Origin: Pseudomonadota bacterium
GTDB lineage: Bacteria > Pseudomonadota > Gammaproteobacteria > Thiohalomonadales > Thiohalomonadaceae
Direction of reading: 5' to 3'
NCBI GenBank assembly: GCA_040755915.1
Contig: JBFLWM010000035.1
Coordinates: forward strand, 6,362 to 70,361
DNA length: 64,000 bases
The notes under the pieces are model-generated. The model ran no database searches, was not told the DNA's origin, and was given only the letters and a program-made list of their open reading frames with translations. The position numbers and the translations under genes are program-made. This document shows, piece by piece, positions 12,941-21,291 of the stretch (the stretch's first letter is position 1; the number at the start of each line of letters is the position of its first letter).

Positions 12941-13025
12941 CAAGTTGCAAGTGGCAAGTAACAGCCTGCTGCGTTTCACCGCGGGGCGCAGCTTTCTTTT
13001 CCTGTCACTTGTCACTTGTCACTTG
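12941..13025. repeat. Heptamer-based inverted repeat at the leuS-lptE junction (family C, copy 1)
   Basis: Left arm CAAGTTGCAAGTGGCAAGTAACAG (12941-12964). Right arm CTGTCACTTGTCACTTGTCACTTG (13002-13025), which includes three perfect tandem TCACTTG units at 13005-13025. The arms are largely complementary, at roughly 20 of 24 positions. Confidence 0.7.
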
Positions 13026-13544
13026 CTGCTGACGTCCTGCGGCTTCCATCTGCGCGGCGCCGTCGAGCTGCCGCCGCAACTGGCGCGCACCCAGCTGGCC
13101 GGTGTCGATGCGCGCAGCGAACTGGCCGACGAAATCACAGCGGCGCTGGAGGGCGCCGGGGCGCAGGTGGTGACGGCGGATGCCACCGCGCAGCTGCACA
13201 TCAGCGGCGAGCGTGAGAACCGCCGGCTGCTGTCGGTAGGGCGTACCGGCCGCGCCAGCGAATACGAGGTGACCTACCAGTTCAGCTTCGAGCTGCGCGA
13301 GCCGGTGGTCAGCCAGGACAGGGAAGGCAAGGAGAAGGTTCGTTACCGCGTGCTGGTGCCGCGCCAGAGCGTAAGTCTCAGTCGCGACTATTCCTTCGAT
13401 CGCAACAACGTGCTCGGCAAGGGTGAGGAGGAGGACCTGCTGGTGCGCGAGATGCGCGCCTTCGCCGTGCGTCAGATGCTGCTGCGTCTGGAGGCCGCCG
13501 TGACCTCCGGTGCAGATGAGGCACCGCAGGAAGCGGGGGAGTGA
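12951..13544 (+). CDS. lptE: LPS-assembly lipoprotein LptE (RlpB)
   Basis: Lipobox LLLTSC followed by GFHLRG, the typical LptE N-terminus, plus leuS-lptE-holA synteny. There is no in-frame ATG. Candidate starts are GTG 12930 (overlapping the leuS TAG), TTG 12945 and GTG 12951. Confidence 0.85.
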   Translation: MASNSLLRFTAGRSFLFLSLVTCHLLLTSCGFHLRGAVELPPQLARTQLAGVDARSELADEITAALEGAGAQVVTADATAQLHISGERENRRLLSVGRTGRASEYEVTYQFSFELREPVVSQDREGKEKVRYRVLVPRQSVSLSRDYSFDRNNVLGKGEEEDLLVREMRAFAVRQMLLRLEAAVTSGADEAPQEAGE

Positions 13545-13585
13545 TCCTGATGCCGCCGCGTTCCACCCCCGTCCCGGCCTGAACC

Positions 13586-14599
13586 ATGCGTCTGCGCTCC
13601 GAACAGCTTGCCGCCCACGTCGCCAAACCGCTGCTGCCCGTCTACCTGGTGAGCGGCGACGAGCCGCTGCAACTCAACGAGGCGGTGGATGCCCTGCGTG
13701 CCGCCGCCCGTGCCCAGGGCTACAGCGAGCGCGAGGTGCTGCAGGTGGAGGCCGGTTTCGATTGGGGCACGCTGGCCGCCGCCGGCAGCAATCTGTCGCT
13801 GTTCGCCGAGCGCAAGCTCATCGAACTGCGCATGCCGTCGGGCAAGCCGGGCGACGCCGGCGCCAAGGCGCTCAGCGCCTACGCCGCCGAGCCCTCCCCG
13901 GACAACCTGCTGCTCATCAGTTGCGGCAAGCTGGAGAAGCAGCAGCAGAACAGCAAGTGGTTCAAGGCGCTGGAAGAGGCCGGGGCGGTGGTGCAGGTGT
14001 GGCCGGTAGAGCCGCGCGCCCTGCCCGGCTGGGTGCGCCAGCGCCTGCAGGCCCGCGGTCTGCAGGCGACGCCCGAGGCGGCGCAGCTGCTGGCCGACCG
14101 GGTGGAGGGCAATCTCCTCGCCGCGGCGCAGGAGGCGGAGAAGCTGGCCCTGCTGTACGGCAGCGGGCCACTGGATGCCGAGCAGGTGCGCAGCGCGGTG
14201 GCCGACTCGGCCCGCTATGACGTGTTCGAGCTGGCGGACGCCGCCCTGGGCGGCGATGCGCCGCGCTGTGCCCGCATCCTGGAGGGGCTGCGCGGCGAGG
14301 GCGACGAGCCGGTGCTGATCCTGTGGGCGCTGGTGCGCGAGGTGCGGGCACTGGCCCAGATCGCCGCCGGCCAGGCCGCCGGCACGCCGCTGGCGACCCT
14401 GTTGCAGGAGCAGCGGGTGTGGGACAAGCGCAAGCCGCTGTACCAGGCCGCCCTGCAGCGTCACAACCTGCGCCGCTGGCGCACCCTGCTGCGGCGGGCG
14501 GCGCGGCTGGACCGCATCTGCAAGGGGGCCGAGCCGGGTAACCCGTGGGACGAACTGTTACAATTCAGCCTGCTCATGGCAGGCGTACGCATCGTCTGA
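13586..14599 (+). CDS. holA: DNA polymerase III delta subunit
   Basis: 337 aa. The N-terminus (LRSEQLAAHVAKPLLPVYLVSGDEPL) is typical of HolA, and the position after lptE fits. Confidence 0.9.
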   Translation: MRLRSEQLAAHVAKPLLPVYLVSGDEPLQLNEAVDALRAAARAQGYSEREVLQVEAGFDWGTLAAAGSNLSLFAERKLIELRMPSGKPGDAGAKALSAYAAEPSPDNLLLISCGKLEKQQQNSKWFKALEEAGAVVQVWPVEPRALPGWVRQRLQARGLQATPEAAQLLADRVEGNLLAAAQEAEKLALLYGSGPLDAEQVRSAVADSARYDVFELADAALGGDAPRCARILEGLRGEGDEPVLILWALVREVRALAQIAAGQAAGTPLATLLQEQRVWDKRKPLYQAALQRHNLRRWRTLLRRAARLDRICKGAEPGNPWDELLQFSLLMAGVRIV

Positions 14600-14608
14600 C
14601 GACAGGCT

Positions 14609-14705
14609 GAAATCCAGCGACAAGAGGTAGCGGGTTTTTCAGGATGAACAGGAGAAAAATCTTGTGCATCCTGAGTAATCTTGTAAATCTTGTCCCGTGG
14701 ATTTC
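14609..14705. repeat. Nested hairpin repeat, family B, copy 1 (holA-proA spacer)
   Basis: Outer pair GAAATCCA (14609-14616) / TGGATTTC (14698-14705). Inner pair CAGGATGAACAGG (14640-14652) / CTTGTGCATCCTG (14661-14673). It shares GCGACAAGA, CAGGATGA and the 13-mer CTTGTGCATCCTG with 18456-18523. Confidence 0.65.
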
Positions 14706-14738
14706 CCTCGCAACATACTCAAGCGCAGAGACACGTAG

Positions 14739-15995
14739 ATGGATGTGAAGCAGTACATGCAGCAGGTCGGCCAAAAGGCACGCACGGCCGCGCGTGCCAT
14801 GGCCCGTGCCGACACCAATGCCAAGAATGCCGCCCTGTCCGCCATGGCCGATGCCCTCACCGCCGGCGAGGCAGCGCTCATCGCCGCCAATCAGAAAGAC
14901 CTCCATGCCGGCAAGGCACAGGGGCTGGATGCGGCGATGCTGGATCGCCTGGCGCTGGACAGCTCGCGCATCGCCGCCATGGCCGAGGGCCTGCGCCAGA
15001 TCGCCGCCCTGCCCGACCCGGTGGGCCAGATCTCCGACATGAATTTCCGCCCTTCCGGCATCCAGGTGGGCAAGATGCGCGTGCCGCTCGGCGTCATCGG
15101 CATCATCTACGAGTCGCGTCCGAATGTTACCGCCGATGCGGCGGCGCTGTGCCTGAAGTCGGGCAATGCCGCGATCCTGCGCGGCGGCTCCGAGGCGCTG
15201 CACTCCAACCAGGCCATCGCCGCCTGCGTGCGCGCCGGGCTGGAACAGGCCGGCCTGCCCGCCGATGCGGTGCAGGTGGTGGAGACCACCGACCGTGCCG
15301 CAGTGGGCGAGCTGATCACCATGAGCCAGTACGTGGACGTCATCGTGCCGCGCGGCGGCAAGTCGCTGGTGGAGCGCATCAGCAACGAGGCGCGTGTGCC
15401 GGTGATCAAGCACCTGCACGGCGTCTGCCATGTCTATATCGACGACCGCGCCGACGTGGAAAAGGCCCTGCGCATCGCCTTCAACGCCAAGACCCACCGC
15501 TACGGCGTGTGCAACGCCATGGAGACCCTGCTGGTGGCCGAGGAGATCGCCGAGCGCGTGCTGCCCGAGCTGGGCGCCATGTACCGGGAAAAGGGCGTCG
15601 AGTTGCGCGGCTGCGACACCACCCGCCGCCTGCTGCCCTACGCGGTGGCGGCCACGGCGGAGGACTGGGATGCCGAATACCTGGCGCCGATCCTCGCCGT
15701 GCGCGTGGTGAAGGACCTGGACGAGGCGATGGAGCATATCTACAGGCACAGCTCCGGCCACACCGAGGCCATCGTCACCGAGGACATCACCCGCGCGCGC
15801 CGTTTCCTGGCCGAGGTGGATTCCAGCTCGGTGATGGTGAATGCCTCGACCCGCTTCGCCGACGGCTTCGAATATGGCCTCGGCGCGGAGATCGGCATCT
15901 CCACCGACAAGATCCACGCCCGCGGCCCGGTGGGGCTGGAGGGGCTGACCTCGCAGAAATACATCGTCCTGGGTGATGGCCATATCCGCCGCTGA
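14739..15995 (+). CDS. proA: Gamma-glutamyl phosphate reductase
   Basis: 418 aa of aldehyde-dehydrogenase-type sequence with the ProA catalytic Cys region ([12 protein letters not shown]). Confidence 0.95.
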   Translation: MDVKQYMQQVGQKARTAARAMARADTNAKNAALSAMADALTAGEAALIAANQKDLHAGKAQGLDAAMLDRLALDSSRIAAMAEGLRQIAALPDPVGQISDMNFRPSGIQVGKMRVPLGVIGIIYESRPNVTADAAALCLKSGNAAILRGGSEALHSNQAIAACVRAGLEQAGLPADAVQVVETTDRAAVGELITMSQYVDVIVPRGGKSLVERISNEARVPVIKHLHGVCHVYIDDRADVEKALRIAFNAKTHRYGVCNAMETLLVAEEIAERVLPELGAMYREKGVELRGCDTTRRLLPYAVAATAEDWDAEYLAPILAVRVVKDLDEAMEHIYRHSSGHTEAIVTEDITRARRFLAEVDSSSVMVNASTRFADGFEYGLGAEIGISTDKIHARGPVGLEGLTSQKYIVLGDGHIRR

Positions 15996-15999
15996 ACAC

Positions 16000-17358
16000 A
16001 TGCGTTCCCGCTGTGGGCACGCCGGCCGGCTGGCGCGTGCCCTGCTGTGCTGTTGCCTGCTGTGGGGCGGCCATGCCCAGGCCCTCGGACTGGGCAGCGA
16101 ACTGCACGTGCGTTCCGCCCTCAACCAGCCGCTGCAGGCCGAGCTGCCCCTGGTGCTGGCGCCGGGCGAGGCGGTCACGGATGTGAAGGTCGGCCTGGCC
16201 GGGCGCGAGGCCTACCGCCGTATCGGACTGCCCTATCACGAGGGCTTGCCGCCCCTCAGTTTCAAAATCGCCCGGGGGGCGACCGGCCAACCGGTGATAC
16301 AAATCAGCAGTCGTCAGCCGGTGCGCGAGCCGGCGCTGGAACTGCTGCTGGAGATCCGCTGGGGGCGCAGCAGCGTGCTGCGCCAGTATGCCCTGCTGCT
16401 GGATCCGCCTTCCCTGTATGCCCCGCCGGCGGCAACCAGCGTCCCTGCCCCGGCCGCGCTCGAGGCGCCGGCACCCCCGGTCACCGTGGCGGCTCCGGTC
16501 CTGCAGGCGGCGCCGGTGGTGGCCAGTTATGGTCCGGTGCAGCGCGGCGAAACCCTGAGCCAGATCGCCCAGCGTCTCAAGCCGGAAGGCGTCGGCACGC
16601 CGCAGATGACGGTGGCCCTGTTCGAGGCCAACCCCCATGCCTTCATCGGCGGCAACATGAACCGCCTGCGCTGGGGCACCACCCTGTACATGCCCTCCGC
16701 CGAGGCCATCACCGCGCGCAGCCGCGGTGCCGCCGGGCGGGTGATGCTGCAGCAGCAACGGGCGCTGCAGCCGGATGCGGCGCCCGAACCCGAGACTACC
16801 ACCGGGGCCTCCGCAGCCGCGGCGCCGGAACCGGCACCCGCACTGCAGATCCTTGCCCCCTCCGCGCCGGAGGCCGGGGACGGTGAGCTGGAGCAGCGTC
16901 TCGCCGAGGTGCGCGAGCTCAATGCGACGGTGGCGGAGGAGAACGAGGAACTGCGCCAGCGCCTGGGGGCCCTGGAACAGCAGGCGCAGCGCCTGGCCGA
17001 GCAGGTGCTGACCCTGCCGGTGGCGGCCCCCGCCACGGTAGAGCCGCCCGCCGTGACGGCGCCGGTGAGCGAACCCGCCCCGGCACAGGGGGCTGCCCCG
17101 GCCGCGGAACCGGCCGGCGATGCGCGGCTGGCGCTGGCGGCGGCCACGCCGGCAAGCCGCTGGCAGAGTCCGGCCTGGTGGATTGCCGTGCTGGCCGGGC
17201 TGCTGCTGGCCAGCCTGGCCCTGCTCGGCTGGTTGTGGTGGCGGCGCAGCCGGCGCTGGGAGTACCGCGACCTGGCCCAGGCCCTGCGCGACGATGCCGA
17301 GGCCAAGGCCCGGGCCCGCGAGGCGATGCTGGAAAAGGCGCGCCACAGGTTCCGCTGA
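16000..17358 (+). CDS. Short FimV-like peptidoglycan-binding (LysM) membrane protein
   Basis: FimV N-terminal signature (LGLGSELHVRSALNQPLQAELPL...SSRQPVREPALELLLEIRW...LLLDPP). LysM-like YGPVQRGETLSQIAQRL. Coiled-coil segment and C-terminal TM helix WWIAVLAGLLLASLALLGWLWW. I chose ATG 16000; the track ORF starts at 15973, inside proA. Confidence 0.75.
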   Translation: MRSRCGHAGRLARALLCCCLLWGGHAQALGLGSELHVRSALNQPLQAELPLVLAPGEAVTDVKVGLAGREAYRRIGLPYHEGLPPLSFKIARGATGQPVIQISSRQPVREPALELLLEIRWGRSSVLRQYALLLDPPSLYAPPAATSVPAPAALEAPAPPVTVAAPVLQAAPVVASYGPVQRGETLSQIAQRLKPEGVGTPQMTVALFEANPHAFIGGNMNRLRWGTTLYMPSAEAITARSRGAAGRVMLQQQRALQPDAAPEPETTTGASAAAAPEPAPALQILAPSAPEAGDGELEQRLAEVRELNATVAEENEELRQRLGALEQQAQRLAEQVLTLPVAAPATVEPPAVTAPVSEPAPAQGAAPAAEPAGDARLALAAATPASRWQSPAWWIAVLAGLLLASLALLGWLWWRRSRRWEYRDLAQALRDDAEAKARAREAMLEKARHRFR

Positions 17359-18071
17359 TGGCAACGCCGGTGTTCTCCGTGGCCGCCGATTCGTGCACTG
17401 TGAACAGCGGCGGCGCATCCGGCCCTGCCGTGGGTATTCTGGGGGGCACCTTCGACCCGGTGCATTTCGGTCACCTGCGCGCCGCGCTGGAGATGCAGGA
17501 AATCCTGGGGTTGGCCGAGGTGCGGCTGCTGCCCTGCGGCCAGCCGCCGCACCGGGTCCCACCCCGGGCCTCCGCCGCGGATCGCCTGGCCATGCTGGAG
17601 CTGGCGCTGGCGGGGCAGTCCGGTCTGCGGGTCGACTGCCGTGAGCTGGAACGTCCCGGCCCCTCCTATATGGTGGATACCCTGACCTCGCTGCGAGCCG
17701 AGCTGGGGGCCTCACCGTTATGTCTCCTGCTGGGCAGCGATGCCTTTCTCGGTCTGCCACAGTGGCACCGCTGGCGGGAGTTGCTGCAACTGGCCCACCT
17801 GGTGGTGCTGCACCGGCCGGGTTGGACGCTGGACTCCGTACCCGCGTCCCTGGCCGAGGTGCTGGCGGCGCAGCGCATCAGCGCGGCTGCCGAGCTGATG
17901 CTGCGGCCGGCCGGCGGCATCCTGCTGCAGCCGGTCACCCCGCTGGATATCTCGGCCACGGCGATCCGCGCGCAGATTGCCGCGGGGCGCAGTCCCCGTT
18001 ATCTGCTGCCCGATGCGGTATGGGACTATATCCGCCGCCGGGACCTGTATGCCGCCGTGCCGGCGGAGTGA
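17358..18071 (+). CDS. nadD: Nicotinate-nucleotide adenylyltransferase
   Basis: GILGGTFDPVHFGHL nucleotidyltransferase motif. ATG 17358 overlaps the preceding TGA (TGATG). The longer track ORF 17178-18071 is rejected upstream of this ATG. Confidence 0.9.
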   Translation: MATPVFSVAADSCTVNSGGASGPAVGILGGTFDPVHFGHLRAALEMQEILGLAEVRLLPCGQPPHRVPPRASAADRLAMLELALAGQSGLRVDCRELERPGPSYMVDTLTSLRAELGASPLCLLLGSDAFLGLPQWHRWRELLQLAHLVVLHRPGWTLDSVPASLAEVLAAQRISAAAELMLRPAGGILLQPVTPLDISATAIRAQIAAGRSPRYLLPDAVWDYIRRRDLYAAVPAE

Positions 18072-18098
18072 GATTTTTGTCATGAGTGGAAGGTATTG

Positions 18099-18452
18099 AT
18101 GCAAGCAGAACAGATGAAGCAGCTGGTGGTGAACGCGCTGGAGGACGTAAAGGGCGTCGATATCGTCGTCCTGGATGTGCGCGGCAAGACCAGCATCACC
18201 GATTTCATGGTCATCGCCAGCGGCCGTTCCGATCGCCAGGTGAAATCCCTGGCGCAGAATGTGCTCGACCAGGCCAGGGAAAATGGCCTCACCCCTCTCG
18301 GCGTGGAGGGCGAGCGGGAAGGCGAATGGGTGGTGGTCGATCTGGGCGAGGTGGTGGTGCACATCTTCATCCCGGAAAAGCGCGATTTCTACAACCTGGA
18401 AAAACTCTGGGGTGACGAGGCGCCGGCGGCGGCGCAGGTCGAGCGTCGATAA
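18099..18452 (+). CDS. rsfS: Ribosomal silencing factor RsfS (iojap-like)
   Basis: About 117 aa with the typical [22 protein letters not shown] core. ATG 18099 follows GGAAGG; the track start is TTG 18096. Confidence 0.9.
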   Translation: MQAEQMKQLVVNALEDVKGVDIVVLDVRGKTSITDFMVIASGRSDRQVKSLAQNVLDQARENGLTPLGVEGEREGEWVVVDLGEVVVHIFIPEKRDFYNLEKLWGDEAPAAAQVERR

Positions 18453-18455
18453 GGC

Positions 18456-18523
18456 GCGACAAGATAAACAGGATGACCACAAGATTGATTCCCGTTAATC
18501 ATGAAACAGCTTGTGCATCCTGT
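18456..18523. repeat. Hairpin repeat, family B, copy 2 (rsfS-rlmH spacer)
   Basis: GCGACAAGA (18456-18464). ACAGGATGACCACAAG (18468-18483) pairs with GCTTGTGCATCCTGT (18509-18523). The 13-mer CTTGTGCATCCTG is identical to copy 1. Confidence 0.65.
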
Positions 18524-18554
18524 CCGGCTGGCCTTTTTCGGGTATTGAACGCCG

Positions 18555-19022
18555 ATGCGCCTGCACCTGATCGCCGTCGGTAACCGCATGCCCGGCTGGG
18601 TCGAGGCCGGTTACGCCGAGTATGCCAAGCGCCTGCCCGCCGACTGTGCCCTGCTGCTGCACGAGATTGCGCCGGGCAAGCGCACCAAGGGCGCCGATCT
18701 GGAACGGGCACGGCGCGAGGAGGGCGAGAAGATGCTCGCCGCGCTGCCCAAGGGCGCCTACGTGGTGGCGCTGGAAGTGGGCGGGCGTGACTGGAGCACG
18801 GAGGACCTGGCGCAGCGTCTGGCAGACTGGCGCCAGCAGGGGCGCGATGTGGCCCTGCTGGTGGGCGGGCCGGAGGGACTGGCCGATGCCTGCCGTGCCC
18901 GCGCCGAGGCGCAGTGGTCGCTGTCGCGGCTGACCCTGCCGCATCCGCTGGTGCGCATCGTGCTGGCCGAGCAGGTCTACCGCGCCTGGAGCCTGTTGCA
19001 GGGGCATCCGTATCACCGGTAA
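18555..19022 (+). CDS. rlmH: 23S rRNA (pseudouridine1915-N3)-methyltransferase RlmH
   Basis: 155 aa SPOUT-type sequence (MRLHLIAVGNRMPGW...GGPEGL...). The rsfS-rlmH pairing is conserved. Confidence 0.95.
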   Translation: MRLHLIAVGNRMPGWVEAGYAEYAKRLPADCALLLHEIAPGKRTKGADLERARREEGEKMLAALPKGAYVVALEVGGRDWSTEDLAQRLADWRQQGRDVALLVGGPEGLADACRARAEAQWSLSRLTLPHPLVRIVLAEQVYRAWSLLQGHPYHR

Positions 19023-19029
19023 GGCAGAT

Positions 19030-19048
19030 ACAAGTAACAAGTAACAAG
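19030..19048. repeat. Tandem heptamer tract ACAAGTA (family C, copy 2)
   Basis: ACAAGTAACAAGTAACAAG lies immediately after the rlmH stop. The CAAGT-containing heptamer is the same unit seen at 12941-13025. Confidence 0.5.
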
Positions 19049-19061
19049 AGCGAACCGACTG

Positions 19062-19631
19062 ATGATCTTTCTTGCCTCCTCGTCACCGCGCCGCCGCGAA
19101 CTGCTGACGCAGATCGGCGTGGCGCATCAGGTGGTGGAGGTGCATGTCGACGAGGCCCTGCACACGGGCGAGGCGCCGGAGCTGTACGTGGTGCGGCTGG
19201 CCCTGGCCAAGGCGCAGGCGGGACACGCGATCTGCAGCGACTGGCCGGTGCTCGGTGCCGATACCGCGGTGGTGATCGACGGCGCCATCCTGGGCAAGCC
19301 GCGTGATCGCGCCGACGGTCTGGCCATGCTGGCGCGTCTGTCCGGACGCACCCACCATGTCTACACCGGTGTGGCGCTGGTGGATGCCGCCGGCGAGGCG
19401 CAGACGCGGCTGTCGGTGAGCGCAGTGACCTTCCGCGCGATTGCCGACGGCGAGCGTGCTGCCTACTGGGACAGCGGTGAACCTGCCGACAAGGCCGGCG
19501 GCTATGCGGTGCAGGGGTTGGGTGCCGTCTTTATCGAACGCCTGGAGGGCAGTTACTCCGGGGTGATGGGCTTGCCGTTGTTTGAGACGGCCGCGCTGCT
19601 CGGCGGCTGTGATATCGCTTTGTTGGAATAA
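19062..19631 (+). CDS. maf: Maf-like nucleoside triphosphate pyrophosphatase (YhdE type)
   Basis: 189 aa with N-terminal [12 protein letters not shown] and [10 protein letters not shown] motifs. The maf-rng-yhdP synteny supports the call. Confidence 0.9.
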   Translation: MIFLASSSPRRRELLTQIGVAHQVVEVHVDEALHTGEAPELYVVRLALAKAQAGHAICSDWPVLGADTAVVIDGAILGKPRDRADGLAMLARLSGRTHHVYTGVALVDAAGEAQTRLSVSAVTFRAIADGERAAYWDSGEPADKAGGYAVQGLGAVFIERLEGSYSGVMGLPLFETAALLGGCDIALLE

Positions 19632-19633
19632 TC

Positions 19634-21166
19634 ATGTCGATGAATGCTCCCCTGACGCCGGCGATGAGCGGCGAAATCCTGGTCAATGTCACGCCGCACG
19701 AGACGCGTGTCGCCTTTGTCGAGAACGGCGTGCTGCAGGAGGTGCAGATCGAGCGCGCGCGCAAGCGCGGCCTGGTCGGCAACATCTACAAGGGCACGGT
19801 GCGCCGGGTGCTGCCCGGCATGCAGGCGGCCTTCATCGACGCCGGTCTGGAACGCACCGCCTTCCTGCATGCCTCCGACATCCTCTGTCCCGACAACGGC
19901 AGCGACGAGCGTGAGCGCTGCCTCAAGGGCGAGGTGCCGGAGGGCGAGCGCCCGCCGCAGCGCCAGATCGACGAGCTGCTGCGCGAGGGACAGGAACTGC
20001 TGGTGCAGGTGGTGAAGGACCCGCTCGGCACCAAGGGTGCGCGCCTGACCACGCACATCACCATCCCGGCGCGCTTTCTGGTGTTCATGCCGCAGTCCAG
20101 CCACATCGGCGTGTCGCAGCGCATCGAGAACGAGGCCGAGCGGCAGCGGCTGAAGGAGCGCGTCACGACGCTGGCGGCGGAGTTCGGTTCCGGCGGCTAC
20201 ATCGTGCGCACCGCGGCGGAGGATGCCGATGACGAGGCACTGCGGGCCGACATCGCCTTCCTGCACAAGCTGTGGGGCGAGATCGGTGCGCGTGCCGGCA
20301 GCGAGCGCAGCGGCACGCTGATCCACGAAGACCTGCCGCTGGTGATGCGTACCATGCGTGACGTCGTCGGCGCCGAGGTGGAAAAGGTGCGCATCGACTC
20401 GCGCGAGACCTTCCGCAAGGTGCAGCGCTTTGCCGAGAAGTTCATTCCCGAACTGGTGCCGCGTGTCGAGCACTATGCCGGCGAGCGGCCGATCTTCGAT
20501 CTCTACGCCATCGAGGACGAGATCCAGCGCGCCCTGGAGCGCAAGGTGACGCTCAAGTCCGGCGGCTACCTGATCATCGATCAGACCGAGGCGATGACCA
20601 CCATCGACGTCAACACCGGTGCCTTCGTCGGCCACCGCAATCTGGAAGAGACCATCTTCAAGACCAACCTGGAGGCCAGCCAGGCCATCGCCCGCCAGCT
20701 GCGCCTGCGCAATCTGGGCGGCATCATCATCCTCGACTTCATCGACATGGTGGACCCGGAGCATCGCCGTCAGGTGTTGCGCAGCCTGGAGAAGGCGCTG
20801 GAACGCGACCATGCCCGCACCCACATCTCCGAGGTGTCGGCACTGGGGCTGGTGGAGATGACACGCAAGCGCACGCGCGAGAGCCTGGAGCATGTGTTGT
20901 GCACCACCTGCCCCACCTGCAATGGTCGCGGCACGCTGAAGACGGCGGAGACCGTGTGCTTCGAGATCTTCCGCGAAATCATGCGCGAGGCGCGCCAGTT
21001 CGATGCGCAGCAGTTGCTGGTCCTGGCCTCGCAGGAAGTGGTCGATCGCCTGCTCGACGAGGAATCCACCGCCGTGGCGGAGCTGGAGGAGTTCATCGGC
21101 AAGCCGATCCAGTTCCAGGTGGAGTCGCTGTATACCCAGGAACAGTTCGACGTCGTGCTGCTGTAA
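19634..21166 (+). CDS. rng: Ribonuclease G
   Basis: 510 aa. N-terminal S1 domain (GNIYKGTVRRVLPGMQAAFIDAG) and RNase E/G catalytic core (IIDQTEAMTTIDVNTG), without the RNase E scaffold tail. Confidence 0.9.
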   Translation: MSMNAPLTPAMSGEILVNVTPHETRVAFVENGVLQEVQIERARKRGLVGNIYKGTVRRVLPGMQAAFIDAGLERTAFLHASDILCPDNGSDERERCLKGEVPEGERPPQRQIDELLREGQELLVQVVKDPLGTKGARLTTHITIPARFLVFMPQSSHIGVSQRIENEAERQRLKERVTTLAAEFGSGGYIVRTAAEDADDEALRADIAFLHKLWGEIGARAGSERSGTLIHEDLPLVMRTMRDVVGAEVEKVRIDSRETFRKVQRFAEKFIPELVPRVEHYAGERPIFDLYAIEDEIQRALERKVTLKSGGYLIIDQTEAMTTIDVNTGAFVGHRNLEETIFKTNLEASQAIARQLRLRNLGGIIILDFIDMVDPEHRRQVLRSLEKALERDHARTHISEVSALGLVEMTRKRTRESLEHVLCTTCPTCNGRGTLKTAETVCFEIFREIMREARQFDAQQLLVLASQEVVDRLLDEESTAVAELEEFIGKPIQFQVESLYTQEQFDVVLL

Positions 21167-21291
21167 ACGCTCCCTGCGCGGCAGGTAAAAATTGCCTGAA
21201 ACATTGATCCGTGCGCAGGACGCGCAACTTATCTTCTGTTAGCGTGTTCCAACCAGACACTCTTTCCTGCCCCGCCGGGGACTCTTGCCGC

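Noticed and set aside
12932-12950. Sigma-54-like TGGCA...TTGCA pattern (TGGCAAGTTTCAAGTTGCA) upstream of lptE
   Set aside because: The GG-to-GC spacing is about 3 nt longer than the strict -24/-12 geometry, and the motif is part of the CAAGT heptamer repeat.
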